A stretch of DNA of 64,000 nt, taken from IMG/VR virus record IMGVR_UViG_3300030329_005959, positions 40,266-104,265 of that record, one strand, 5' to 3'. The translations under genes were made by a program, and so were the position numbers. Positions 49,635-58,890 of this stretch are shown here, one piece after another. How positions within the stretch are numbered: position 1 is the first letter of the stretch; every line of letters starts with the position of its first letter. The notes under the pieces were generated by a model. It ran no database searches. It was not told the DNA's origin and saw nothing but the letters and a program-made list of their open reading frames with translations. The DNA comes from a virus.

Positions 49635-50532
49635 ATTAGGGCAAAGTTTAGGAACCCGTGCAAAACCAGTGGCGGGTCTACCTATAGATGAGATTTCTTC
49701 CGCTCCTCAGGGTGCTTGGAGTTTAAGGAAGCTATCGTCAACTTATACTGGCCCCGTCCTTATCGCTAACAGCACCAGTGGTTACACAGCTACCGTTTAT
49801 TTTGATGCTAATGGAGAATTAAGCCTAAATAGCCCCACTAACATGGGGAGTTATGGGTATCCAACGCTGAAGGACTGGGCTTGGAACGAAGGGGATGGCA
49901 ATCTGTGGGTGAGCACTTGGTATGACCAGTCAGGAGGGACGACTCGCAATGCGACTCAAACTATCGCGGGTGACATGCCTATTCTTACTGAGGGGGGAGT
50001 TTTAGTAAAACAAGGGAGCTTTCTCTTTGCTGATGATTATTTTAAGGTTTTAAATTATAAATTTCCTAACCCTAATGATAGCTGCACTATTTTAGCTGTC
50101 GCTCGCCCCACAAATTCAGACGCAATGGGAATCGTCACGGACATCGAGAGTTTTAATGATGGGGTAGAATTAATTTATGCTAGCAATAGCTGGGACTGGC
50201 GTATTAAAAATTCAGATTTAAATAATAACCCCATAGACCCCGTGATAAATGGCAAATTCCAAATAGCCATCGCAGTCTATGATACAAGCTTGGGTTCTAA
50301 TCAACAAAAGCTTTATGTGAATGGGATATTAACGCAGCAAAACTGCACAGAAGACAAACATGTTGCTAGCACAGATAGGTTCAGAATCGGAGCCAGAATA
50401 ACCACAAGCAATCAAATGGATGGCAATATTGCTGAAGCCATGATTTGGGACGCTGCTTTATCTGAGGCAGATATTCACAAGCTTCAGCATAATATTTTTA
50501 TGCACTATTCTATTCCGAAAGGTTCGCCGTAG
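49627..50532 (+). CDS. Lectin/ConA-like virion protein, paralog of 29419-30399
   Basis: AWSLRKLSSTYTGP, VSTWYDQSG, FNDGVELIY and DRFRIGAR. Confidence 0.65.
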   Translation: MLKLGQSLGTRAKPVAGLPIDEISSAPQGAWSLRKLSSTYTGPVLIANSTSGYTATVYFDANGELSLNSPTNMGSYGYPTLKDWAWNEGDGNLWVSTWYDQSGGTTRNATQTIAGDMPILTEGGVLVKQGSFLFADDYFKVLNYKFPNPNDSCTILAVARPTNSDAMGIVTDIESFNDGVELIYASNSWDWRIKNSDLNNNPIDPVINGKFQIAIAVYDTSLGSNQQKLYVNGILTQQNCTEDKHVASTDRFRIGARITTSNQMDGNIAEAMIWDAALSEADIHKLQHNIFMHYSIPKGSP

Positions 50533-50584
50533 GCTAAAATTTCCCTTGACTTTTGTTTCAGTAGGCAGATAATGGTTACTGACT

Positions 50585-50815
50585 ATGGACCTTGATGATT
50601 GCGACTTGTATTTTGCTGATGATGCCATTCGCTTCACTGGCTTAGATGAATGTGCCATAGGTGTTGACCAGAGAGGTTATATAGTCTACTCCTATCAAAA
50701 GATGCTTGAGCATTTTATGAAGGACATGAGTTACGAAGAAGCCGAGGAGTGGATCGGTTTCAATGTCGTGGGTATCAAACCTGATACATATACTGTTGTA
50801 TATAATGAACATTAA
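50585..50815 (+). CDS. Conserved phage hypothetical protein
   Basis: GLDECAIG...VYS...MSYEEAEEWIGFNV. Confidence 0.7.
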   Translation: MDLDDCDLYFADDAIRFTGLDECAIGVDQRGYIVYSYQKMLEHFMKDMSYEEAEEWIGFNVVGIKPDTYTVVYNEH

Positions 50816-51065
50816 ATTAATTAAATTGTCGTATGCGATACTTTCTATTATCGCAGGGTTAACGGTAGGGGTTGTCTTGTCCCTGTATGTGGGGCTAATG
50901 TCTTGCATCCAAACACTTATTGTGTTTCCTTTTCAGATCTATACCAACTGCGTGGCCAATGCCATAGAGAAGAAAATAAAAGCTATGGGCTCCCCCGCCC
51001 AAGGTGACGAGGATATGTGGGATCGACACATCCAAAGGATGGAAGAACAGAGCAAAAATAACTGA
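50805..51065 (+). CDS. Small membrane protein
   Basis: Long hydrophobic N-terminus; start moved to ATG 50805. Confidence 0.55.
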   Translation: MNIKLIKLSYAILSIIAGLTVGVVLSLYVGLMSCIQTLIVFPFQIYTNCVANAIEKKIKAMGSPAQGDEDMWDRHIQRMEEQSKNN

Positions 51066-51066
51066 T

Positions 51067-51618
51067 ATGGTTGATCTATCACAAGCAAAACAAATAGAAG
51101 GTCACGAAGACTATTGGGTATTTCCTGATGGAAGGGTTTACAGCAACAAATTATGGAGAGGCAAAAGGGGTAGGTTTTTGAATCCTCCACTTAGAACTTG
51201 TGGAAAGAAAAAATATCGCACTGTGAGTTTGTGCGGGAAGAAAGGTAGGGTTTTAAAATCATTACATGTTTTAGTAGCTGAAGCCTTTATTGGCCCTCGA
51301 CCAACTATAAATGGAAAAAGAACAGAGGTAGACCATATAGATGGTAACTCTTTAAATAATCACGTAGACAATCTTAGATATGGCACTAGAGCAAACAATC
51401 AAATTAACAGACCGCCAGAAGAAAACTGTTTATCGAAATATAAAGGTGTTTCTCTCAACGTTAGGGGGCGACCATTTGCTCAATTAAGTATTAATAACAA
51501 AACTAAATATCTAGGAGAGTTTAACACTGAAATAGAAGCTGCAAAAGCTTACGATAAAAAAGCTTATGAAGTTCACGGTGAGTTCGCTTACCTTAACTTC
51601 CCAGAAGACTACAGATGA
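51067..51618 (+). mobile_element. Free-standing NUMOD4-HNH-AP2 homing endonuclease
   Basis: YWVFPDGRVYS, HVLVAEAF, VDHIDGNSLNNHVDNL, SKYKGV and YLGEF..E.EAAKAYD. Confidence 0.85.
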
Positions 51619-52004
51619 ACACAAAAGAACTACTCCAACTCCACGATGATACCTGCGAGGCTTGCAAGGCAATCATGCAACAGAAAAATAGCGATTACAC
51701 TGGAGGCAAGAATGCTACAGATATATTTGCTAATTTTAATTCCTCTAAGATCTTAAACATCCATCCAGTTCAAGGCTTGCTTCTGCGATTAATTGACAAA
51801 GTTCAAAGGATTCGTTCCTTTACCAACGACAAGGAATTGAAAGTCGCAAATGAGTCTGTAGATGATGCTTGCGATGATATCGTAAACTATGCTATCTTGG
51901 CTAAGGCGATGTTGCGGGAGGAAAGATCCCAGATTGAACAGGACCGCCGAAATAAAGCAGGGCCGACACCAGATCAAGGAGGCCATCCAGCAGGGTGGTG
52001 CTAA
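51615..52004 (+). CDS. DUF1599/Nmad1-like all-alpha nucleotide-modification-associated protein
   Basis: KNSDY, FANF, RLIDKVQR and ESVDD...DIVNYAIL. Confidence 0.7.
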   Translation: MNTKELLQLHDDTCEACKAIMQQKNSDYTGGKNATDIFANFNSSKILNIHPVQGLLLRLIDKVQRIRSFTNDKELKVANESVDDACDDIVNYAILAKAMLREERSQIEQDRRNKAGPTPDQGGHPAGWC

Positions 52005-52017
52005 ACATATAAGGTAA

Positions 52018-52263
52018 GTGAAAAAGAAGATTCATATAAACCAACACAAAATTCGGCGCAACGCCAAAACAGGAGAGCGCGAGCCTGTGATTACAGTCAA
52101 AACTTACAAGACAAACGATTATTGTCATGCTGTTACCATCACTTCTCCATGCAGGGTTATATATTCTCCCGACAAACCTTTACCATGTGGCGCAAAAGTC
52201 TGGATCGAAACCGAGGGGGACGTAATATGTTCCCAGATCGAAGAGGATTCGCCAAATAAGTAA
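52018..52263 (+). CDS. Conserved phage hypothetical protein
   Basis: IHINQH.IR.N.K...PL.CGAKVWIET. Confidence 0.7.
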   Translation: MKKKIHINQHKIRRNAKTGEREPVITVKTYKTNDYCHAVTITSPCRVIYSPDKPLPCGAKVWIETEGDVICSQIEEDSPNK

Positions 52264-52265
52264 AT

Positions 52266-52342
52266 GGGTGCGTAGTCCAACTGGCAGAGACAACGGACTT
52301 AAAATCCGTCCAGTGCGGGTTCGAATCCCGCCGCGCCTACCA
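52266..52342 (+). tRNA. trnL: tRNA-Leu(TAA), short variable arm, encoded CCA
   Basis: Acceptor GGGTGCG/CGCGCCT, anticodon arm ACGGA-CTTAAAA-TCCGT, T arm GCGGG-TTCGAAT-CCCGC. Confidence 0.92.
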
Positions 52343-52385
52343 CACAATATATTTATATTCGCGCAGTTTATGTGTAAATATATAT

Positions 52386-53507
52386 ATCAAGCTACTATCT
52401 ACCATAGCGAGCCTACTTGTTTTTACATTTTCATCTTTAGGGTTATCTCAAGAGTCTAAATCTAACCTATTTGGGTTTCATTCAGAAATAGTAAGAGCAA
52501 ATACTTATAATTTAATAGGTATTAATGTCGCTACTCAACCTCACGGTAGATTAATAAGAACTATAGGGCAAGCTTTCGGCCTTGAAAACGCGGCGGGTTT
52601 AAAAAGTCCTACGTTTGGATTTGATAGTAACGATCCGACAGAGGCAGATGTAGTATGGATTTGGCGTGATGACGGTTCTTGGTTGGGAATATACTACAAT
52701 GACCAAGACTTAAGAACCGAAACCCCTCCGATGACAAGGGGTTGGAAAGCGATTGGTTTCGGGGACACTGATGCATCCCGAGTTGTTATACCTGAAAACG
52801 GGGGATTTTTACTACAATCTAGACAAGAAAGAGATTGGTTGTTAGTTTTTGGAGGAAATGTAAATGCATCCCCTAAATTTTTAAACATTAAAAATGGTTA
52901 CAACATTGTAAATAGAGGAACTCCTTGGCCTTTGAGGTTAGATGAATGTGATATAGAGAACTCTCACAGCTTCCGTAAAGGTGCTAATGGTGATTTGATT
53001 GGGTTCGATAACTCTGATGGAAAATGGGAGCAATATTATTTTGATGGTGAGTGGAAGAAAACAGACTCACCAGATGGCGATTACGGTCATGTAGAGCTAC
53101 CCTCTGCGTTCTTTGTATACAGAAGAGGTAAGCAGGGTTATATCTGGATACGACCCCCCGTGGGCGTTTCTCCGACGAAAAATAAATTGGGCAACACTCC
53201 ACCAGCACCCGATGTATCTGCAAGATTGGGTCTTAACGAGTGGGGTAATCCAATTTTTGAGATTTCATGGCACTCAAGTAGCCCTAAAATCATTTACAGA
53301 ACTGAAGTCTTTGGTTCCCACCCAGATTTACCACCCGAGGAAGCAGGAGACAGAAGCAGTTGGTTTTATTTACCCCCTCGTCGTGGCACTTGGGGCGATC
53401 ACTTATCCGATCACGCCCTGTTACGTTGGTTGCGCTATGGAATAGTTAGAGTTTCTGCCGAATGGGAATATGATAATACGTCTCAGCTAAAAGCCCAGAT
53501 CGAATGA
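52386..53507 (+). CDS. Secreted/periplasmic beta-rich protein (373 aa) with an apparent ATC start
   Basis: Frame is open ~300 nt upstream of the tracked start and encodes the signal peptide (I)KLLSTIASLLVFTFSSLG; GTGTAA lies 8 nt upstream. Confidence 0.6.
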   Translation: MKLLSTIASLLVFTFSSLGLSQESKSNLFGFHSEIVRANTYNLIGINVATQPHGRLIRTIGQAFGLENAAGLKSPTFGFDSNDPTEADVVWIWRDDGSWLGIYYNDQDLRTETPPMTRGWKAIGFGDTDASRVVIPENGGFLLQSRQERDWLLVFGGNVNASPKFLNIKNGYNIVNRGTPWPLRLDECDIENSHSFRKGANGDLIGFDNSDGKWEQYYFDGEWKKTDSPDGDYGHVELPSAFFVYRRGKQGYIWIRPPVGVSPTKNKLGNTPPAPDVSARLGLNEWGNPIFEISWHSSSPKIIYRTEVFGSHPDLPPEEAGDRSSWFYLPPRRGTWGDHLSDHALLRWLRYGIVRVSAEWEYDNTSQLKAQIE

Positions 53508-53508
53508 T

Positions 53509-54192
53509 TTGGCCCAAATAATGGATAATGATATCCTAGAATTTCTTCAAGCGTCCTTATCTGCCCCTTTTAGCAGCATGGATTCTTTATTGTTTCTCCG
53601 CATACCGAAGAATGCGAGTTCTTCTATCATGGAAAGCCTTGGCACTAGAAACATAGTTAAAAAGTATGAAAAAAAACTACAAGAATCCTTAGATAAAAAT
53701 ATTTATAAAGATTTCTTCACTGCTACTCATGCTCGCCCCCACGAACTACAAACAGTTATCGGTGCAATAGAGCTTGATTGTTTTTCTTTCGCTGTTGCTC
53801 GAAATCCTTGGGACAGGGCTGTTTCTATGTATCATTTTGCCAAAAAACTGGGGCTAGGGGATCTGTTTGGGTTCTCTAACGACTTATCTTTCGAGCGTTT
53901 TTGTGAAGTTCTTGAATCCCGAGATGGGGACCGTTTGTTTATGCCTGTCTTTAAGCAAACCGAATGGACCCATAGTTCCATAAAGGTTAATGAAATATTA
54001 AAATTTGAAAATCTGAGCGAGGATTTCTCAACTATGGTAAAAAAGCACCAAATAAAACATATTTCCCCTGATCTACCCCACATTAATAGCACCGTTCACA
54101 AACCTTATCGGGATTATTTTAATTCCAACACTCAAAAAATTATAAAAAAAGTATTTGAAGAGGATTGCGATCTTCTTAAATATGTTTTTTGA
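53509..54192 (+). CDS. Sulfotransferase family 2 protein
   Basis: RIPKNASSS (5'-PSB), RNPWDRAVSMY (3'-PB) and KFENL; start may be ATG 53521. Confidence 0.8.
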   Translation: MAQIMDNDILEFLQASLSAPFSSMDSLLFLRIPKNASSSIMESLGTRNIVKKYEKKLQESLDKNIYKDFFTATHARPHELQTVIGAIELDCFSFAVARNPWDRAVSMYHFAKKLGLGDLFGFSNDLSFERFCEVLESRDGDRLFMPVFKQTEWTHSSIKVNEILKFENLSEDFSTMVKKHQIKHISPDLPHINSTVHKPYRDYFNSNTQKIIKKVFEEDCDLLKYVF

Positions 54193-54285
54193 TCCCAGAT
54201 CGACTGCGATTTTCCCAAATAAGCGCGTGAGTCCCAGATCGAATGATATTTTTCCAAATAAGTGATTAGATTTTTTAATCGACTG

Positions 54286-54615
54286 TTATATTTTTTTCTT
54301 TACAGAAACTAAGTTTTGTATTTGAACGATTAAACTCATCACATTATCAACAGAAATTTTTTCTGCGATTACACTTAGGGGAAAGTTCATCTCCGTATCT
54401 AATCTTATTCCTTCTTCTCTTTCCTCTGGCGTGACGATCTCCATGACGTAATCATACAAACCTTTTCTCTTTAACAGGTTAAAATAATAATCTCTTTGTT
54501 GTTGTTGCGACTCCACCAATACATCGAGTCCGAGGTTCATGCTGGTCACCATTGTGAGATACCTAAAATATAATCCTTCGTTTGTAGTCAGATGAGAAAC
54601 CACAATAAGATTCAT
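54286..54615 (-). CDS. Hypothetical protein
   Basis: MNLIVVSH...; GTGTAT motif 8 nt upstream of ATG 54615. Confidence 0.55.
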   Translation of the reverse strand: MNLIVVSHLTTNEGLYFRYLTMVTSMNLGLDVLVESQQQQRDYYFNLLKRKGLYDYVMEIVTPEEREEGIRLDTEMNFPLSVIAEKISVDNVMSLIVQIQNLVSVKKKI

Positions 54616-54672
54616 ACTATTATATACACTATGGTCGGGGTGAAAAAAATTCGAATTAAGGCAAAAAAATGC

Positions 54673-54700
54673 TTGCGCCCCCATTTCCCTAGTATATAGT
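54673..54700 (+). promoter_or_regulatory. sigma70-like promoter with upstream A-tract
   Basis: TTGCGC-N16-TATAGT; ATG 8 nt downstream. Confidence 0.65.
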
Positions 54701-54708
54701 GTCTCCAT

Positions 54709-54945
54709 ATGAACGAAACACCTAAGAAGCGGGGTCGCCCAAAGGGTTCCACATCATTCACTAGGGTTAGACTTGGTGACCTACTGGATTCCTTCGGACC
54801 CGATGCTGCTATTGTTGTATCCAAGAAGTGGATGGATGAGGTTGGTCTGACCGTTGCTCCTGCTCCTGTCAAGACACTCCCTGCTGCTTCTGCTCCCGAG
54901 CAACCAGAAGAGAAGATTGAGTTCTCTGTTAATACGTTTGAGTAA
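54709..54945 (+). CDS. AT-hook-like small DNA-binding protein
   Basis: KKRGRPKG at the N-terminus. Confidence 0.65.
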   Translation: MNETPKKRGRPKGSTSFTRVRLGDLLDSFGPDAAIVVSKKWMDEVGLTVAPAPVKTLPAASAPEQPEEKIEFSVNTFE

Positions 54946-55865
54946 TGAGTCAACCTGTTGATATGTTTGAGGGTCTTATCGGACAGGATACCCTCAAGAG
55001 TCGCCTCCACTTCTATAGCAAAGCAAAGGAGGCTACTGGCACACTTCCTTTTCTTCTGTTTAATGGAGCAAAGGGTCTGGGCAAGACTGAGTTCGCAAAA
55101 TCATTTGCGAAGTCTCTGGGCAAGCCGATGATAGAAATTAATTGTTCTACTATTCGCAATGCCGAGCAGTTCTTTGAGCAGGTTTTTATTCCTGCGATTC
55201 TGGACAAGGATGTGACCGTTCTGTTAGATGAGGCTCATGCCTTACCGAAAGATTTAGAGATGGCGTTTCTCACCATCTTTAATATCGAAGGTGCCAAGAC
55301 AAAACGATTTGAATTTGGTGAAAACAGTTTCCTGTTCGACTTCCAAAGGCAGACTTTCTTGTTTGCTACTACAGAGTTGGATAAATTGTTTCCTCCTTTC
55401 AAGGACCGTCTCACTCAGCTTGACTTCGAACCATACAACGGAAAAGAGTTGGCTGGAATCATCCAGAAGAAACTCGACTGGATTACTTTTGGTGATAACG
55501 TCCTTGCTACGGTCGCTGAGACAGTGCGAGGTAATGCTCGCTCCGCAATTAAACGCGCATTAGAAATCAGTGCGTATGCCGAGGTCAATAACAGGGCTAA
55601 GTTCAATCTAGAAGACTGGAAGAAACTTTGCGATCTGTTGGGCATCTTGCCATACGGCATCAATGCGACTGAGTTGCAGGTGATGCGTATCCTGAAGGAC
55701 CGTGGTGCTTGCACGTTGCAGATGTTGTGTGCTGTCACTGGAATGTCGAGGACGGCAATCCAGAAGGATGCCGAAATCTACCTGCTGAAGAATGGGTTCA
55801 TGCGAATAGACGGCAAGCGGGAGATCACAGGCAAGGGAACCCAGGCATTAGAAAGGATAGGTTAA
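54945..55865 (+). CDS. ruvB: RuvB-like Holliday-junction branch-migration ATPase
   Basis: LIGQ, GAKGLGKT, LDEAH, ATT, PFKDR, RGNAR and C-terminal wHTH (E.YLL..GF...GR). Confidence 0.8.
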   Translation: MSQPVDMFEGLIGQDTLKSRLHFYSKAKEATGTLPFLLFNGAKGLGKTEFAKSFAKSLGKPMIEINCSTIRNAEQFFEQVFIPAILDKDVTVLLDEAHALPKDLEMAFLTIFNIEGAKTKRFEFGENSFLFDFQRQTFLFATTELDKLFPPFKDRLTQLDFEPYNGKELAGIIQKKLDWITFGDNVLATVAETVRGNARSAIKRALEISAYAEVNNRAKFNLEDWKKLCDLLGILPYGINATELQVMRILKDRGACTLQMLCAVTGMSRTAIQKDAEIYLLKNGFMRIDGKREITGKGTQALERIG

Positions 55866-56173
55866 TGGCAAAAAAACAATACTCACTTCCCTCTACCATT
55901 AAAGTCGGGGACATCGAATTTAAAGTAATTTTAAAGAAGATGAAAGACTTTGGTGATATGGATATCGACAAGAAGGTCATAAGAGTGCGTGAGGGAATGA
56001 CATCAGAGGAAACATTCGATACCCTGATGCATGAGGTGACCCATGCTGCTCTCGCAATCAGTGGCTTAACTAACATTTTAGATGATGAGAATCTGGAGGA
56101 GGCTATTGTTCGCCTAACAGATTACGTGCTGTTCCCTGTATACAAAAGAGAATATGACAACTACAGAAAATAA
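55865..56173 (+). CDS. Small HEXXH metallopeptidase-like protein
   Basis: TLMHEVTHA; start ATG 55865. Confidence 0.65.
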   Translation: MAKKQYSLPSTIKVGDIEFKVILKKMKDFGDMDIDKKVIRVREGMTSEETFDTLMHEVTHAALAISGLTNILDDENLEEAIVRLTDYVLFPVYKREYDNYRK

Positions 56174-56327
56174 CAAGAAGAAGTTTGGGGTCTGTATAAA
56201 ATTCCTCAACAAATTTGATATTGAGGCGACCTCAGAAGAGGAAGCAGTAAGGATAGTGAATAATATGGACAACCAAGATTTGCTAAACGACTCTTATTTT
56301 AACATTGAATATATTTACGAATCGTGA
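56154..56327 (+). CDS. Small hypothetical protein (57 aa, not in ORF track)
   Basis: MTTTENN...IEATSEEEAVR; fills the gap and overlaps both neighbours. Confidence 0.5.
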   Translation: MTTTENNKKKFGVCIKFLNKFDIEATSEEEAVRIVNNMDNQDLLNDSYFNIEYIYES

Positions 56328-56632
56328 AGATGACAAAGCATCAGAAAGACACAATTAAAAACATCATTATCGGATTTTTAATTGGGGTAATAATTGCCTT
56401 GTGGTTAACCATCATGCGAGTCTGCATAGAGAAGGATGCCATAGAGGAGATGATGACGCCCCCCACTCCACCTAAAATTAAACGGGAGTTTCCTAAAGAC
56501 TACGAGAGAGCAAAAAGAAAGATGCCTGTTGTTCCTGATGCTGAGTTGACTCCAACCGAATATTTAAAAATAGCGAGTCTGTATCCAGAACTTTTTACCG
56601 ATGAAGAAATTGTTAACCTGTTAATCCAATGA
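56324..56632 (+). CDS. Single-pass membrane protein
   Basis: IIIGFLIGVIIALWLTI. Confidence 0.6.
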   Translation: MKMTKHQKDTIKNIIIGFLIGVIIALWLTIMRVCIEKDAIEEMMTPPTPPKIKREFPKDYERAKRKMPVVPDAELTPTEYLKIASLYPELFTDEEIVNLLIQ

Positions 56633-56955
56633 AAAAGACATTATTGTTTGTGTTGTTTTGTGGTAGCGTTGTTGGTGCTGCTGCTATTTTAAAGACAAAA
56701 AAGGAACCTGTGGTTAAAGAAATCACTGTCTCCTATGATAATAAAAAACAAAAAGAAATACCAGTTACGGTAACTTTGACGAAGTTTCAACTTGAAAAGA
56801 TGTTGGACATGGTGGATGATGAGTATGGATACGGTGGTCCCGCTTCCCCGCAAGACAGTCTCACCTTCACTTCAATAGCTAAAGCTAAGGCCCCTCCTCA
56901 TTCGCAGGAATACAGCATCTCCTCGACTCATTTAGCTAAAGAACCAATAAGATAA
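56629..56955 (+). CDS. Membrane-anchored/secreted hypothetical protein
   Basis: MKKTLLFVLFCGSVVGAAAIL. Confidence 0.6.
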   Translation: MKKTLLFVLFCGSVVGAAAILKTKKEPVVKEITVSYDNKKQKEIPVTVTLTKFQLEKMLDMVDDEYGYGGPASPQDSLTFTSIAKAKAPPHSQEYSISSTHLAKEPIR

Positions 56956-57278
56956 TGAATACCGCATTAATTAATGTAACTGATACGATGCTCAAGAAAA
57001 GCATCATCGACGCAAACAAAAGCGTTTGCGAATTCGCCAAAACCTTTTCCTTCGATTATAACGAAGCTGAGTGTGGCGACCGCAAGCCTTTCGAGGCATC
57101 CTACCCTGATGGCACTCCCGCAAAGGTGACCTTCTACCGTGCCAAGACCAGAGGGGACAAGCGCATCTCCATCACCAAGCTGAAGAAGTTTGCCGATGCT
57201 GGAGACAAAGTAACCCTCCTCAATACTGATGATGATGAGGTAATTAAAATTCTTATTAATGTCACGGTCGATGAGTAA
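56955..57278 (+). CDS. Hypothetical protein
   Basis: 107-aa ORF with TAATG coupling. Confidence 0.6.
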   Translation: MNTALINVTDTMLKKSIIDANKSVCEFAKTFSFDYNEAECGDRKPFEASYPDGTPAKVTFYRAKTRGDKRISITKLKKFADAGDKVTLLNTDDDEVIKILINVTVDE

Positions 57279-57456
57279 GATATACAATTATATGTTTGAT
57301 GTGGCAGCATCACTCGAAACATCGAAAGCTTTTGATGATATTACTGTGCCAGAGTTTTGTGCTGTCATGCGGGACCGTCTCGATAGACTTGAGAACGATA
57401 ACGAGATCGAAGCGTTTGGTCTTTGTGATTCAGTTGTAGTTGAAGGAGATGAATAG
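57271..57456 (+). CDS. Hypothetical protein
   Basis: Short ORF in the operon. Confidence 0.5.
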   Translation: MSKIYNYMFDVAASLETSKAFDDITVPEFCAVMRDRLDRLENDNEIEAFGLCDSVVVEGDE

Positions 57457-57715
57457 AGAACTAGAAGCAAGATATTTGCACTTAGAAATTGGTGACGAAA
57501 TCGAGGTGCAGGTCAAGCTAGATGATGATGGAGTAGTGGTCGATGCCTTTAGGGGCGAGCCGATGGAGGGAATCCCTCACCATATCGGGTCCACTTGGAA
57601 AACCTATGCAGAGATGGGAGTGGAAGTAAATGAAATTAGGAAGGCAACCCCTGAAGCATTAACAGAATCTGTTTTAGAGGATATGAGCATCGAGTTTTTG
57701 GAGGATAGCGAATGA
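57449..57715 (+). CDS. Acidic hypothetical protein
   Basis: Short ORF in the operon. Confidence 0.55.
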   Translation: MNRELEARYLHLEIGDEIEVQVKLDDDGVVVDAFRGEPMEGIPHHIGSTWKTYAEMGVEVNEIRKATPEALTESVLEDMSIEFLEDSE

Positions 57716-58386
57716 AAAAATTTCTTAAATCAAGAAAGCAACTCACGGTTAATCCTACCGACATCACCGATTTTAATCGGGACACTAATCAACTGGAAGC
57801 TTTTTGGTTGTTCTGTATGTTTGTGGCGGGGAAGAACAGTGACTATGCCTCCCGTTGCCTGAGCAAATTAATTCATGCGGCAAAACTTGGTCAAGACATA
57901 GGAGAGGAGGGGGTTTTTAATTATTTTAAATCCATAGGTGAAGTAGGAGTCCACAATGCACTGGTCGCAAGCAAGGTCGGACAGTATGGTAGACTAACAA
58001 AAGGTATCATGCAGTCTCTTGATCTTGATTTGGAGGCTTGCACTCTGGATGATCTGCTTGCCATACATGGTGTGGGTAATAAAACTGCTAGATTCTTCTT
58101 GCTTCACACCAGACAGGGTTGTGACTACGCAGTCTTAGACACCCACATCCTCTCATGGATGAGGAGTCATGGAGTTCCCGATGCCCCCAAGAATACTCCG
58201 ACCAACAGTAAGAAATACAAAGACCTAGAGAAACAGTTTAGGTATTTGTCTCGACTCAAGTTTCCCTACCTGTCAGATGCACAAATTGATTTGTTGATTT
58301 GGTTAGACCAGAGCAACAGGATATCAAGAGACGAAGTATTTGATATGGAGTTTCCCTTTGAGTCTAGAGATGGTGTAGATGATTAG
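57712..58386 (+). CDS. HhH-GPD DNA glycosylase (Ogg2/8-oxoG glycosylase-like)
   Basis: IHGVGNKTARFFL (HhH with Lys), AVLDTH and IDLLIW. Confidence 0.75.
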   Translation: MKKFLKSRKQLTVNPTDITDFNRDTNQLEAFWLFCMFVAGKNSDYASRCLSKLIHAAKLGQDIGEEGVFNYFKSIGEVGVHNALVASKVGQYGRLTKGIMQSLDLDLEACTLDDLLAIHGVGNKTARFFLLHTRQGCDYAVLDTHILSWMRSHGVPDAPKNTPTNSKKYKDLEKQFRYLSRLKFPYLSDAQIDLLIWLDQSNRISRDEVFDMEFPFESRDGVDD

Positions 58387-58387
58387 T

Positions 58388-58543
58388 ATGGACAAAAAAG
58401 AAGGTTTGTTTGCTGCTAGTTGCTTCTTGTTTTGCTTCGGGGGAGTAGTTCTTGCTACCACCAAATTAGAATGGTTGAGTTGGTGTATGATGGCAACGGC
58501 AGTAGGCTTTTGGTTTGCGGGTCTTTATAGAGGATTAAAATAA
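58388..58543 (+). CDS. Small two-TM protein (51 aa, not in ORF track)
   Basis: MDKKEGLFAASCFLFCFGG...; GTGTAG motif 9 nt upstream. Confidence 0.5.
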   Translation: MDKKEGLFAASCFLFCFGGVVLATTKLEWLSWCMMATAVGFWFAGLYRGLK

Positions 58544-58890
58544 ATTCTTTTAAATTATATCAAACCCCGTTTGCAATTACTAAAACCCCCCTTCCCCCTT
58601 ACATTACCACACAATAACAACACTCATCCTACATACAATACATAGGATAGACAATAGACTAGAAATAAAGAGGTGAACAGATTCTGTCCAGTTAGATGGG
58701 AAAGTGGATACAACCTACCCTTTTTAATTATTTAAATACCATTTAAACACATTTTACTTAAAAAGTGGACGATTATAGCCCAGTTACACTACTTGTTTTG
58801 TTTTTTTCTTTACTTTTACTTAGCTTATGTAGCGGAGCAAAAACCTCACATAGAGACGAAGAGATAGACGATTACTGGTCGGACGGTTAG

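Noticed and set aside
52268-52459. 63-aa ORF in the track
   Set aside because: Overlaps tRNA-Leu; spurious.
1693-57470. Numerous short antisense ORFs in the track (e.g. 14790-15338, 20073-20672, 32011-32367)
   Set aside because: They lie opposite well-supported genes and have no recognisable motifs or expression signals.
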